Positions 10,401-22,436 of a stretch of 64,000 nucleotides of DNA are shown here, one piece after another. The position numbers and the translations under genes were made by a program. A model generated the notes under the pieces. That model worked only from the letters and a program-made list of their open reading frames with translations, had not been told where the DNA came from and made no database searches. Origin of the DNA: Monocercomonoides exilis PA203 (lineage: Eukaryota; Protista; Preaxostyla). The stretch's first letter is position 1, and each line of letters opens with the position of its first letter. Where the stretch lies: contig LSRY02000012.1 in NCBI GenBank assembly GCA_001643675.2, positions 682,001 to 746,000 of the forward strand. The letters are read 5' to 3'.

Positions 10401-10750
10401 AGCGGCTCACACTGAAAAACGGGACGACTGCGAAGGATAAGCCGCTGTTTGAGTCGACAGAGCATTCGAACAGAAATTATGCCCATCGCTTCCCATCCAC
10501 ACTTGACTCTAACTTTGGCACTCCTGACGAATGCTATCATGCTGGGTTTTCTGCGGGGTCTGGCTTGCTGAAAGGGAAGATCACGCGAAGCGCAGAGGAG
10601 AGGAAAAAAGAAAGTGCAAAGGAGAAAGAAGAGAGAAGAACAAAAGGAAGATATCTCATTGAATTGGGTGTGGCGTTTCTGGATCATGTCGACTTTCTGG
10701 CTTTTATTTGGACCATACAGGCTCCAGTTGTGCTATATTCTTTGGAGTAA
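7493..10750 (+). CDS. Calpain-7/PalB-like cysteine protease (1085 aa from first ATG)
   Basis: Catalytic triad in QSVVDDCSVIASL, GLIRDHCYAVLD and KLRNPF. PalB/CAPN7-typical segments FSKEEKEVLEASSHLNG, NPSGRYYVRFYFNGAWRMVEIDDRLP and WLSLYEKAYLKL. C2-like domain III start YYSPQF. The track start 7478 is TTG; the first in-frame ATG is 7493. Confidence 0.9.
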   Translation: MQTNLNRSSSTKKVPALNHGTDLQRKQSSSNLKTGPKTKRQFPPLPKFDDFSKEEKEVLEASSHLNGQTFPIWNPSLHQIGPAPPDSKLFEDSVPVRYNSKQVNYGAVLARPSDVFECKPTDVSIFGAFSWRNARQSVVDDCSVIASLLLLGYAEERLKLAFLTSNVYPQLPDVGCVPNPSGRYYVRFYFNGAWRMVEIDDRLPRHPSSYVRPEKTKRLLCGHIAGKKEIWLSLYEKAYLKLRGESYGTGDIQSGETIHFMASWIPDIWRLYPSEGDNDTENMSEEDKKKEQQMESFWEQLKEGYATATTLATVGSDPDMLDGVVESTGLIRDHCYAVLDAKEVDGHRMVKLRNPFMERGWKGKFSLEDSGSWSDAMKQRLHFDPEEVKKRPDNGVFFLCFEDLRRYFTTMTVSWSPLLFPYQRMSHCLFAAHHQFDEELQRTYYSPQFLVRKQRGQRYWFLLQRHWEDLEEEELDEPIDPLIALRFHVHTVSVTGPDGMLQKRTRPISSVPTVCRVANVENRVDPTIYSTWMYALEKIEDDFEGYYTMVVSLMKAPKRKRDLRFTVSCYSNRPVAVSRIPIIQKNQCKLRTKTRPYPLIRPLTPREGVDVVKRTSINLKELTSSASSSSSPSSSSSSSSSSPTTPLSPPSTAGAAMQRASAAPDTLFPIVCDKPGDGSFLASLTDQSPYLPYIRIAQVMFAPQFNLTLTPNEGSTSSDQASSSSSSSSSSSPSSSSNLPGDVSIVVDSQSNTQFYIDAEELKAAPCPFLPSSSPFNMSMTERRYAPSSLHFLFSKAAAQMIFSFESSQASSPSSASSSSSSSSSSSTPSDKESPRYLRIATPSPLNDLESNDEFTLTVVPPPGYTAKVEQILSPWLYAAYQLSWFGVAGKIDGQKQNPMQIKRRYFILEAEGNTEVYIQFLFKTSELLLYNPYFKVFELGAVEKESGEGADDEDKAKDGFCSVAKKLMKRLTLKNGTTAKDKPLFESTEHSNRNYAHRFPSTLDSNFGTPDECYHAGFSAGSGLLKGKITRSAEERKKESAKEKEERRTKGRYLIELGVAFLDHVDFLAFIWTIQAPVVLYSLE

Positions 10751-11171
10751 ATTAATAGCGATAAAATGTTGACCTATGCAAAACTTGTTTTCAACAACAC
10801 CTATTTTTGCTTTTATTATGGACCACATCCAATTATTTTGTGTTTATTAGGGGGGAGCATTTCATTAGAAAAAGATTTCGAAACTTATTTTTTTTGAAAT
10901 TTTATCTTTGTACTTCAATTCACATGACATTTCACATTTTTTGTATGAGTTATTTTTGAATTTAAAAATTGTTCATGAAGTGTCTTTATTCTCATAGTCT
11001 TGAAAAAAACCTCTTTTTAATTTTGTTTCATTTCTTTTATCCTATCTTTTCTTTTCGTTATAGCATTTTTAGATCTCGTAATTGTTTTCCTGTCTTCCTT
11101 AAAATCATCATTTCAGATATCAAACAAACCCAAAATAATATCGTTTTTTCGTATTTTTTCTTTTTTTCACA

Positions 11172-14100
11172 ATGTTACGTTCTGTTTATTTGTTTGGGAT
11201 TATTGTCATCTTATTATGCACATTTTTACCTCCGCTTTCCATGCTGAAGTCAAATTACGCGCCTCAACTTTCATTTCCATCAGACCAAGAGTTCTTAAAA
11301 GCACCTTCAGTTGGAGCGTCCACTAATGGACTTGCGGTATTCACACATATTTCTGATTTGCATATAGGAAAAACTGGATTTGTAACAGAAGATGCAAGGT
11401 TGTTTTTGATTTCGATTATTTCTAATTCATTGAAAAAAAGTGCTCTGTTTCGATTCATAAAGGATAAAATAAAGCCAGATCTAACATTTGCTACAGGGGA
11501 TTTAACTCGCGCAAGTACATCAACGTATTTGCAATTTTATTTTGATCAATCTTTTGAAAAAGTGTTTTTAATAATTTTTTTTTAGTTACGGATGGTTTCA
11601 TCATTCACAAGAAAAAAGCGAATGGGAGCAATATAACAACTATTTGAAATCGTTCAATTTGCTTGGGTGCAATGACTATATCGATATGAGAGGAAATCAT
11701 GATCGTTTGAAATTATCATTTTTCTTGTTGCTTATCATTGGTAATAATCAGAATATGGTGTAACATTTCCAGGAAACGCTCAAGACCACTACAACAAATA
11801 TGCATCTTGTGCTAACAGTTATCCAGAAGGTGTTTTGTTACGAAAGTTCACAGTCCCATCAACAAATGTTTCAGAAAATGATACAGTTGCCTTTCTTTTT
11901 GTTGATTCAACTCCAAAACCTGGACTTTATTCTCCATTTGGTGGAATTGGAGATCTTTTATCGGAGCCCAAAGGAGAAGCCTCGAGAATTGATGCAATTA
12001 ATCGTATTCTCAGTGAAAACGAAACTGCCTCATCTTCTTTTTTGAGTTCAGTTAGTAATAATAAAAAATTAATTGAACAAACAAAAGTATTGCCTTCTGT
12101 TCGTGCACCTTCTTCTTTTAATGGGAAAGCCAAATGTGATGCAACTTCTTCTTCTAAGCAGACTTTTTCAGTCTCAGCCACATCTTCAAAGAAATTTGTT
12201 CCAATGGGTTCTTTTGATCAAGGGCAAGCTTCTCAGCCTCAAATGCTTTTCTTGCTAAACCATTTCCCTCTCCGCTCTCTTTCAATCCGTACAGAAAAGT
12301 ACATTCATAACTTGGCTTCCAAGACATCTCCATCGACCGGCAACAACGCTTACTCGTTATTAGGCGTTTTAGCTGGCCATCTGCACTTCCACAACATAAC
12401 CGTTGGCCATACAACCAGCTATGAACCAACTGACTCTTCAACAGATAATTCAGACAGTGGAAGCACCACTGCAAACAAAGCGCTGAATATCACTGAAGAG
12501 CGTTCGTGGTTTGAGATCTCTGCGGCAAGTTGGAGGGATCAGGGATGCATGAATGTTATGGCTGTGGACAACAGAAACGTGGTGTGGAGAGAAGTCTGCG
12601 TGAATATGAGCGCATCGCAGTTCAAACAGCAGAGCAGCAGCAATACCATCTATAGACCGGATGTTGTTAATGCTGCTAATAGAGAATTTGGATTTCAGCC
12701 AATAGAGCAGAAAAATGAATCGCTTTCTGCAAATTTTCATCAATTGACTGAATCATCTAACTCTGAGGATAGCACAGAGACTTCTGTTTCTTCTTCACAT
12801 CTTCCATCAATACACCGCACATGGAAGCATCAGAAAAAGGGTGAAACTATCGAGAACCACGAGCGTGTCTTTGCTCTTGTGACTAACCCGATGTCTTCTT
12901 CGCAGATCTCATCGCGAGTGCCATGGTGGAATGCTGCTAAGTCGACGCACATTCGTGTGCTGGTGTTCAGCACTGAAGGATACGATAGGATTGTCAATGC
13001 TTCCATCGAGTGGCCGCTTGACCAGGAAGCAGAAGAGTCAAAGGCGAGAGAAAGTGGGATGCTCAATGGATGGGAAGAGAGAAATGAGACAGAAAAAGAA
13101 GCAGCAAACAAAGTTCACACTAAAGAAAGAATTGTAAAGCTGTTTGGATCTCAGGGTGTTGAATGTAATGATGGAAAAAGCATTTGCGTCCAGTTATCTC
13201 AAAGTTATTCACCAACGGCGAATTTAAAGGCTAATAAAGAAAATCGAAATCAGTACAAAGTTGATTACTCAAAATCTCTTTCGAATGAACCTGACATTCA
13301 AACAAACAATTTGGAGAATGAGAGCAAATTTGATTCCAAGCAAAAGAACAGCGACAGAAGCAAAGCTGCTGAAGCGTTGTGGACAGCGCCATGGGATCCA
13401 AAATGGCTATCTCCAAATACACAGCGCGATGAAGATAATCTGCCGCCTTTGAGTTCTTTCAGAGGCCTGCATGTGTTTTATGTGCGTGTCTGTGTAAATG
13501 CTTCATCAAATGATCCCTCCTCCTCTTCATCATATTCTTCTTCTTCTTCAACAAATAATAAGCTGTCCAATGATGACTCGGTTATCTGCACACTCACCCC
13601 ACATCTGTTCACTCTTGGTGGTGAAACAACAATGCCACCATATTCGTCTTCTCTGTACAACTGCGTCTTTCCACTGCAGACTGTATTCACTGCGTGCTTC
13701 TACTTCGGATGGGCTTTGGTTTTGCTCTATTTGCTGCTTGGCTTTGGATGCCTGCATCCAGTTTGTGGGAAGTGCTACATCTGCCTGATGCGCTCTGAAC
13801 GGAGCAACTGGAGTGCGAAAAGGATTGCAGAAAAAGTGGAAGTTGGAAATGAGAGCGTGCCAGCTGCAGAAACTTCACAGAATGGAGTGAGTGTAGAAAC
13901 GAGATGCACAAGAGAGTTTGTGATGGCTGGCTATGAAGGTGGAAGCGCAGAGAGTAACAGAGGAGATGGGGATTATGAAGCGCTGTCAAGTGATTTCTGG
14001 GATATGATGCTTGACCGAAGAAAAGGCGTTGATGAGACGAATACGATTAGTCATTGGGCGCTTTCTGTATCAGACTGGGAAATGGCAATGTTGGAGTTCT

Positions 14101-15496
14101 TTGCAGACAAGACAGAGAAAAAGGTATTGATGGAGATGTTCTTACCAAAAAATTCCAATGAACTCAGTACAAATTCTGCTATATCTTCTTCTTCTTCCTC
14201 CTCCTCTTCTTCTTCTTCTTCAGCCAAATGCAAATCTATTCTTTCGCCATTTACTCAGTTCTTCCAGACTGTGCGAAACCACTTCTGCTGTGTGTTTGGC
14301 ATTGGCAGGTATTCTTTGTCGTTTCCTTTCAATGAGAATCAAAAATGCTGTTGTGGTTATTACAATTGCTGCATGTGCTGTGCGGGCAGCTGCTGCCGCT
14401 CGTTCGCTCATTTTCTTGCTGGTTGCTGCAGAGCTTTTCTGGTGGAGTTCTATCCAATGTACTGTGCGCCTCTATGGATTAAGTTTGTGAATGATGCTAT
14501 TTTTTGTTGTTGCTTTATTAATTCTATTTGTAATGTTTTTTAATTTTAAACGTCTTCTTTTTCTTCTTATATACTCATTTTTGTTTTTTTTAATGTTAAT
14601 TGTTCAGATTCTTTCTGCTCTTCGTCTGTTTATTCTGCAGTGCAGGCCCTGTTCATCTGCTGCGTCTGCTGGATGATTCACCTTATTCCATCTTTGGCTT
14701 TGGAGAGTATGTTGCAGCCAAAGGCACGACTGTTGTGTCTGGCGTGTGGACAACGACGATTGCTCTGCCAATCTTCATCATTTTTTATCTCCCGCTGCTT
14801 TACACTTTCCTCTTTGCGCCTTTCGACTTCAGAAATTGCTTGTCTTTTTGCTGTTGCAATAAGAAAAGGCAAAAAATGAAAATGGAACCATTGCAGATGG
14901 AGAATGCATCTTTTGTTCCTGTTGAGAATACAAAATCAAATGAACAGGAAACAGAAGTACCTCAATCTGCTTCATCTTCTTCTTCATCGCCTTTATCGTC
15001 CATACCAACATCTGACTCGTCATCATCATCATCTTCTTCTTCTTCTTCAATGTTATCTTTTCCTGCTGAACCACCACAATTCCCAGCAACCGCGCCACCT
15101 CCGCCATTATCGTATAATGCCTCATCTGCTCAATCTTATTCAACAATACAATCAAATCAAACAGACAAAGACAAGCCACTTATTTCCTGGCTCAACACAC
15201 AAATTCAGTTGTGTGCAGATTTCAATTCATCTGTTTCTCCATCGCATGCTTCTTCAAGCCATTTGAAATATCGTCATCTTCCGCCTGTCTCTGTCACGCC
15301 TCTTCGTTTGTCCACTCTTTCCTTCGTTATCCATTTGTCTCTTCTGATATTGGCTGCTGCCTTCTTTTTGGTGTCGTGTGCGCTGTATGCTGCCATCTAT
15401 TTTGCTTTTCCCTTTGTGGCTGTCTTAAGCTGCTTCGGTCTTGTCTTCTATTTCTTCGGTTGGAAGTTGTCAAAGAAACATTCCAAAATTGAATAA
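11172..15496 (+). CDS. TMEM62: TMEM62-like membrane metallophosphoesterase; exons 11172-11398, 11441-11524, 11586-11704, 11752-14482, 14608-15496 (~1349 aa)
   Basis: N-terminal signal/TM segment. Calcineurin-like motifs HISDLH, TGDLT, RGNHD, NHFP, AGHLH. TMEM62-like LVTNP, STHIRVLVFS, LWTAPWDP. C-terminal TM helices. Four GT-AG introns (42, 61, 47, 125 nt) join the fragments in frame; spliced length 4050 nt. Confidence 0.8.
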
Positions 15497-15870
15497 AAAA
15501 TTAAAATAAAAAAATATTTTTTGTAAATTGGGTTTTAATTGTTTTGTTTATAAATATGAATGAGTTATGCGAAAGTGTTTATTGTTATGATTTCTTTTAT
15601 TGTTTTAACAAATATGCTCTATCTTTTGTTTTGTGGAATGATAATTTGAGATTTTCCTTTTTATTAACAAATTTTCTCGTTTTATATTTTGTTTCTTTTA
15701 AATTCTATTGCATATTTTTTCATTCTGAACCTTTTCATATCGCATTTACATCATTTTATTCTTTAAATTACATATAACAATAAAAAGATTGAGAAAGAGA
15801 AAGAGAAATAAATGTTTCAAAAAACGAAAAAAAAAGAAAAAGAACTTCCAAATGTCTTCAATTATTCCTT

Positions 15871-17582
15871 TCACAATCCATTACTCGTCCACGGATACTC
15901 ATCCTTCTGCCCCCTGTTCCTGCTTCTCAAAGACCTCTGCTTCACATTCTGCACCGAATCCGCCGCACCATAGCCTGATTCCATTCCCCTGCTCCTTTCT
16001 CCTCCACCTCCTCCTCCACCACCTCCACTGCCATATCTACTCCCACTTCCACTGCGCAGTCCCCGTGTTGCATGCCTCCTTTCATCTTCTCCCTGCGGAA
16101 GCATCCCCGTCCCTCCCTGCCCTCCCAGCGACGAGTCCAGTGCTTCTCTGTAGTTGCTCCTCGCACTGAGACGATACGCCCGTGTGAGTGTGGGGTCTGT
16201 CACATCCATCTCGTGAATGTCCGGAAACCGCTGGTCAGCGTCGGCTTCTGTGTCTGACAAGAACGGCAGCTGTGCAACTGGAAGCGGCTCTTTCACTAAT
16301 CGGGTGACAGGCTCTTTGGGATCGATGGGTGTTGTTGTAAGGTCTGCTTTGTCTGCTTTGGCTGCACTGTCATTTTTGCTTGGCGGCTGGATGGGCGTGG
16401 GAGGAGGGAAAGAGACAGATGATGAGAGAGAGGGGGAAATGGAAGAAGAAACAGAAGAAGAAGCAGATGAAGGAGAAGCAGCTGAGGGAGAGGTAGAAGT
16501 CGAAACAGAAGCCGAAGGCGAAAGCGAAGATTGTGAAAACGGTGAAGCAGGAAAAGAAAGTGATGTGGTTGTAATTTTCTTTTCTTCTGCTTTTGCTGCT
16601 GCTTTCGCAGCCGCTTTACTGGAGGTCATTTTGAACTGGGGCATCGGGGGTGCAGTGAAGATGAAGGACTGGTTGCGCTGGGCAGACAAAGTGTGTGGTG
16701 TCAGTGAAACGACTTCGGTTGTGTGCGCGTCGGTGAAGTGGGTGGATGTGAGAGGAAGTGGCAGAGTGAATGGTTTTGGTGCAGGACTTGTTGGAGTGCT
16801 TTTTGTGGTGCGAATAGAAGACAAGGAAGTGGTTGAAGAAGTGGAAGAGGAGGAGGAGGAAGAAGATGATGATGATGTTAGTTTTAGACGAGTATTGATA
16901 GAACCGCTGGTAGAAGCTTTGCGGGGGGATGAGGAGGAGGAAGAAGAAGCAGAGTGAGGAGGAGGAGGGAGGACTTTGGAGTAAGGCTTCCAGCCAGGCA
17001 ACAACGGGTTTGCTACAGCGCGCTGTGGGGCTTCATTCTGTTTGTAATAAAATGCGGTTTTAATTATACATATTAAAAAAAAGTGGGAAGGGGAAAAAAA
17101 ATGAAGAAAAATGAAGATAAATAAATGAAACATGTAAATAGAAATGTGTTTATGCAAGCAACATTAGTGCAATAAATAAAAAATATGAATTCTTTTCAAT
17201 TATTTTCCTCATCACATTCTCATTTCTTTTCCTCTTCCTTTTTTCTTCCTCTTCATCTTTCACATCTTAAAATCCAATAGAAAAATACATATATTCATGC
17301 AAAGCCACTCACCTCTTCTCTCTTCAGTGCGACAACAAATAGCGCAGCCTCTTCGATCGTCGTTATGCCGTTCATCTTCATCCGCTGCCAAAACGCTATC
17401 TGACTTCGTATCTTCGCCTCGCTGACGATCCCTTGCTGCAGCCCAAACCACTCGCCGGGTGTCAGAAACCGTGCAAAGGGCTTCAGCCGCCGCAGCACAA
17501 GACGCTCAAAACGGCCCATCAGCTGCTCTTCTTTCAGAATCTGAGGCGTTTTGTTTGTTTGTTTGTTTGTTTGTTTTATTTC

Positions 17583-17624
<42 letters not shown>

Positions 17625-18761
17625 ATTTCAATAATTATATTCACGGCAAGCAAATATTCATCAAAGAATGGTAAATGCAACATATCCGAGACATCCGCAG
17701 ATAATTCGAATAAAAATGAAGATTAAATTTAAGTTAATAAAAAAAATTGAATGAATATCACAAACCCTGACATAATCCAAAAGCCCATGATCCAATATGA
17801 AGTTTTTCCTTCTTATGCGCTCGTCAATTGTTCTGTTGTATCCGTGGAGTGTATGTATCTTCAGTTGGAGCGCATCCGGTGCGTCTGTCGGGAGAATGGT
17901 CATATCAGCAATAAACCGCTCTGCCTCCTGATCGTATTCGACATCCATCTCTCCTCGCTTCTCTCGGTATCCGGCAGACAACGGGTTGAATGTTTCGTTG
18001 TGCGACCGATGACTGTCGGAGCGCTCATTCGCTTTGTGTTTGGTTTTCTCTTCGCTCGCTTTTGTTTCGTGCTTACGATTTGATTCCGCTTTTGATAGTC
18101 TTGATGATTGTCCGCTTTTTGAAGAAGAAATTGCAGAAGATGAATCTTCGTTAAATAACTCTGAATCATCATCTTTTTCATCATGACCTAACAAGCAATT
18201 TTCATGTTTTGTACTTCTATATCTTTTATAGTGAGTCAGATCTATTTTTTCACCGTCCTTGTCTACGAATTCATGCTTTATAGTTGGATCAAGCCGAAGA
18301 AAGCCAACCATCATTCTTTCTTCTGGGAGAAACCGAGTTGGTACAAGATCTGTTGTTGCGCAATAATATTCATGATAATGGCGCCTGCATTCTTGTTCAG
18401 TTTTTGAAGCAACAACTTCTTGAATCTTTGACCAATTATCAACACCATTTGATTCAATTGCGTCAAGCAAAATAAGCTCCTCTTCAGCTGTCCAACTTTC
18501 TTCAAGTATCGGGAAATTCAAATTTTCTATGACTCGATATGGATGGTTCAGCGTATGATGATCTAAAACAGCTCCAGCAAGAAAACACTCAACACATAAT
18601 TCTGAATGGAAATGTTAATGATTAAAAATTAGAGCAATCAAACCAAATTCCTTACATACAGTACACAAAATTCTTGTACTGTCCGTAATGTTTCTATTGC
18701 AATAATTGCAACAAACAGCCGGTTTTTTAATGTGAGATTTTGATACAGGTTGTGTTGACAT
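15871..18761 (-). CDS. ADA2: Transcriptional adaptor ADA2 (SAGA complex); exons 18761-18644, 18601-17766, 17540-17313, 17037-15871 (~782 aa)
   Basis: ZZ zinc finger CNYC...CTVC...LCVECF...H...HPY; SANT domain WTAEEELILLDAIESNGVDNW; ADA2 boxes AGYREKRGEMDVEYDQEAE, ERIRRKNFILDHGLLD and LKPFARF...NGITT. GT-AG introns of 42, 225 and 275 nt keep the frame. The last exon is low-complexity and less certain. Confidence 0.88.
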
Positions 18762-19530
18762 TTTGGTTATGGGTTTTGATCAATATTTCAAAATTTTGAA
18801 AAAGAGAAATATTTATGCATCAGTCATCTCATCTGCGCAAAATGATATTAAATTTTTATGGTGTATTTTTCACCCTCCTCTTTTTATTTTTAGCTGGATT
18901 CATTTCAGTTTCATCCAAAACAACTTCTAATTCAATATGTTTCGTCGTTTTTGGAATTTTCGCTGTTAGAATATTTGTTTATTTGTTTATTTACGATTCT
19001 CATATGCTTTTTGCATTTAAAATTTGCTTCAAATTATTATGTCTTTTCTAATTTGAAACAAAAACTGTATTTTGCTTTTAGATATTTCCTTGTTGTATTG
19101 TGGAAGTGTTTTTGTCAATTTCTGTGATGCACTTTGTTTGAGTATGAAATTTGTTTTTAATATAGTTATTCATTCAACTATCCTCTGTGGAGCATTTCCC
19201 ATTCATTATGTGAAATATTCCTTTTTGTGAATGAAAATGAAAGAATTTTCTTTGATGGATTCGAACAATTTCAAATTTTCACTAAAACATCTAAAATAAT
19301 TCAAATTCGAAAAATCATATTTCAATTTAGAGGGCAAAAAAGTGATCTGAAGATGAAAATGTTCATTATCATAACGTTTAAAAGATTTTAGCAGATGATG
19401 AAAATGTCCAGAAGTGTTTTCGTCATTATTTCGAGAAGAAAATGCAGAGTGCCTGATTTCCTTTCTTGTATTTGGCTATCCAAAGTGAAAAACAAGCACA
19501 ATGGATGAACATATTTATCAAACAAACAAA

Positions 19531-19531
<1 letters not shown>

Positions 19532-19594
<63 letters not shown>
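19532..19594 (+). repeat. Poly(A) tract preceded by (CAAA)n
   Basis: About 60 consecutive A residues. Confidence 0.9.
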
Positions 19595-19596
<2 letters not shown>

Positions 19597-20189
19597 AAAA
19601 GAATCATTTTCAAATGTGAAAGATGAAAGATGATTGAAAAGATGAAGCTTTGATTCCAATGATTGGTTTTCAAACGTGTAATTTATTTCAAAAAGACGAA
19701 AAAGTTTCATTTTCAATTTTAAACTGATTATCTCATTTGAGTAATTGTTTTTTAAATCAAATTTTTTCTGTAGAAATTTTCGGTTTGTATGTTTGATATG
19801 AATATTCATAAATGAACACAAAAAAGTGATAGATCCATTTGTGATGCTTCTTCTTTTTTTCAAGTCAAACAATCGCTTTCGTAATGATTGATAAACATTT
19901 CACATTTGTGGAATTATCTTTGAATTCATATTTTATTTCGGCGTGTTGATTTCTCTAAGGTTGTTTGATGTTTGGAAGAGATTTTTAATTTTTATAATAA
20001 AATTTATCAAAGCCATTTCAAAAACAAATGTTAATGCTGAAATAAACATTAAGATATCTGTAATTGATATTTACACTTATCAATGCCATTTTGTTAATGT
20101 TCAAGTGAAATCTTCGAACCGAAAAATTTGAATGTTTAAATAAGATTTCAAAAATAATCGCCCATTTGAATGTGAATTATTTAACAAAT

Positions 20190-20701
20190 GGGACAAAAAT
20201 TTTTTTTCCATGAATTTTCATTAAAAAATTATGCACTTTTGATAAACTAATGGTGAACAAAAAACGTAAAAAAATTTGGTTCGTTTTTTGAAATACATGT
20301 GAGATCACAAAACTTTTTGTAATTATATATCTATATTTTTTTGAAAAGTTCCTTTTGTTTAATTATCAAATGGAATAAATATTCTTATTTCGATCAAATT
20401 TCTGTTCATTCTTTCGAAACTTCACAAAAATGGAAATAATAACATTGTTAAGATTTTATTTTCATGACAGCGAAATTTGGGGAGTAGGAACAGAAATTTA
20501 ATCGAAATTTAAAATTCTTATTTTTATATGAAAATTAAACAAAAGGAACTTTTCAAAAAAATTTAGACATATCAATTATGTTCGCTTTCAGATATGAAAA
20601 TTAAATTTCTTTTGATATCTGTGGTTGTTTGCAAAAGAAATAAGAGGAAAAAAAATAAATTTCTTTATGCAAAAAAAACTTGAAAACACTAAATTTTCCC
20701 C
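20190..20701 (+). mobile_element. MITE family B copy 1 (~267 bp unit) carrying a nested family A MITE
   Basis: GGGAC...TTTTCCCC ends, AAAT duplicated at 20186-20189 and 20702-20705. Colinear with 31393-31661 apart from the 240-bp insert. Confidence 0.75.
20329..20568. mobile_element. MITE family A copy 1 (240 bp, long terminal inverted repeats)
   Basis: Arms ...TTTTTGAAAAGTTCCTTTTGTTTAATT and AATTAAACAAAAGGAACTTTTCAAAAA...; flanked by ATAT on both sides. Same length and related arms as 58262-58501. Confidence 0.75.
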
Positions 20702-22436
20702 AAATGACAATGAATTTTCAAAACAATAAACATTATGAAAAAAGTCATGATTTTATAAATAATTATTCATTTTCAAATCAATAACCCCAACAACATTTCA
20801 AACTATTCCATTAAATGAACCCAAGCATGCCATTGTTGTTAACTTGTAATAACTTGTTTTAAATGGAGTTTTGAAATGAAAATTGTGAAAACTGTTGAAA
20901 AAAGAGAACTTCAATCAAACTTGTGAAATAAATGTTGTTTTTTTTCATTGACGACAACAAATATCAGTGACATTATTTTTTTTATTTGTGTTTTTTCTGT
21001 GTTTCGAGAATTGAAAGTTGTTTTCTCATTCAATCTTTTTCCAAAAATCTAATTTCCCGGATAAAAGAATTGCTTCAAACCAATCAGTTTCATAAAATAT
21101 TTTCGTTATGATTCACATTTTCTTTTGTCACTTTTCGAGTTGCAAAAATATTGAAAAATTCATTTTGAATTAATAATTAACAAAAAATATTTATTGTGGA
21201 TCAGAAAAAAGAAGTATTTATAACTCCGATGCATCATTTCATTTGAATGATAAATGAAATGTTTCATGATTCTAAGAGTAATTGATATTATGGATGTCTG
21301 GTTTTTGGCAGGCCCATACTTTATGTAATGAGAATGAATAATAGATTTCCTTTGCTACAGAGGTGATGAAGCGAAAAATTTTGCGATTGTACTAGATAGA
21401 TTTTTCTCGATTGAAAAAATTTTCAGTTCTTTGATCATTATATTCTTATTCTGCTAAATCCGCGCACGTTTAGACAAATATTATCCAATCTACTGTTACC
21501 ACGGATAAGATCTGAAAATTTTAGGTATTATTCGGTTAGAAACATCGTTAAGGCTGTTTTTTTTGGAGAGGAAAAGTGAAGAAACAATAAACAAAATATT
21601 CGACACTTTTTTTGAGCTTGAAGCAAGATCGTGCTATCATGCGCAGCGCTGAATTTACTAGAATTATTTTGCTTGATGGAATGCATTTTGAACGAAATGA
21701 GCAAGAATTCCATGAAGTTAGGGAAGATACTATTCCTCCGTGTTGGTTCACTTTTCCATGTGAGTGTTGGAGAATCGGAGGATCAAAAGAAATGCAGATT
21801 GCAAATAATCCGCTTTAATGAACCTGAGCTGCTGTTTCGATTTTTATTGGATCAGAAAAAAATCCGATTTCGATATTAACAAAACACACGATTTGCAGAG
21901 CAAGGTTAACTTTGATTTACTGGCGCATTTACAGGGTTCACGACAAGAACAATATGAAAAACGAAGAGACATCCGAGAAGGATTTGCTAAAAATTTATTG
22001 TTTTCATGAGAAAGGCAGGAGATAATCGAAAAGATTGTGCTGCTTGATTGGAAAACGCATTCATTTATCTTTGGAAAAGCATTTCATTTTCTGACAGCTC
22101 GCTCCATATCATCAATAAATTTAGATGAACGAATGTGAATGCTCACGTCCAAACGCCAAAAAGGAATCGGAAAAATGTACATTTTGAAAATCCATCGTTA
22201 TTTTTTTTCTTCATTGCAAGATTTTTCTCGCAATAATAAAATTTAAAAGCAAGGATATATGCGAAGCTCTATCGTTGAGAACAGCTGAGATTCTGAGATT
22301 AAAACAAACGGAAAATGAGTGAAAACGACAACTAATACACGAAAAATTGAAGGCAAGAAAGAAAACATGAGTTTAATTTCTGTTAAAAGGTTGAATAAGC
22401 TATCAGAAGAAATAAATAAAGCGCAAAAGATAGAAT

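Noticed and set aside
16217-16957. 246-aa acidic plus-strand ORF
   Set aside because: Antisense mirror of the Ser-rich ADA2 last exon.
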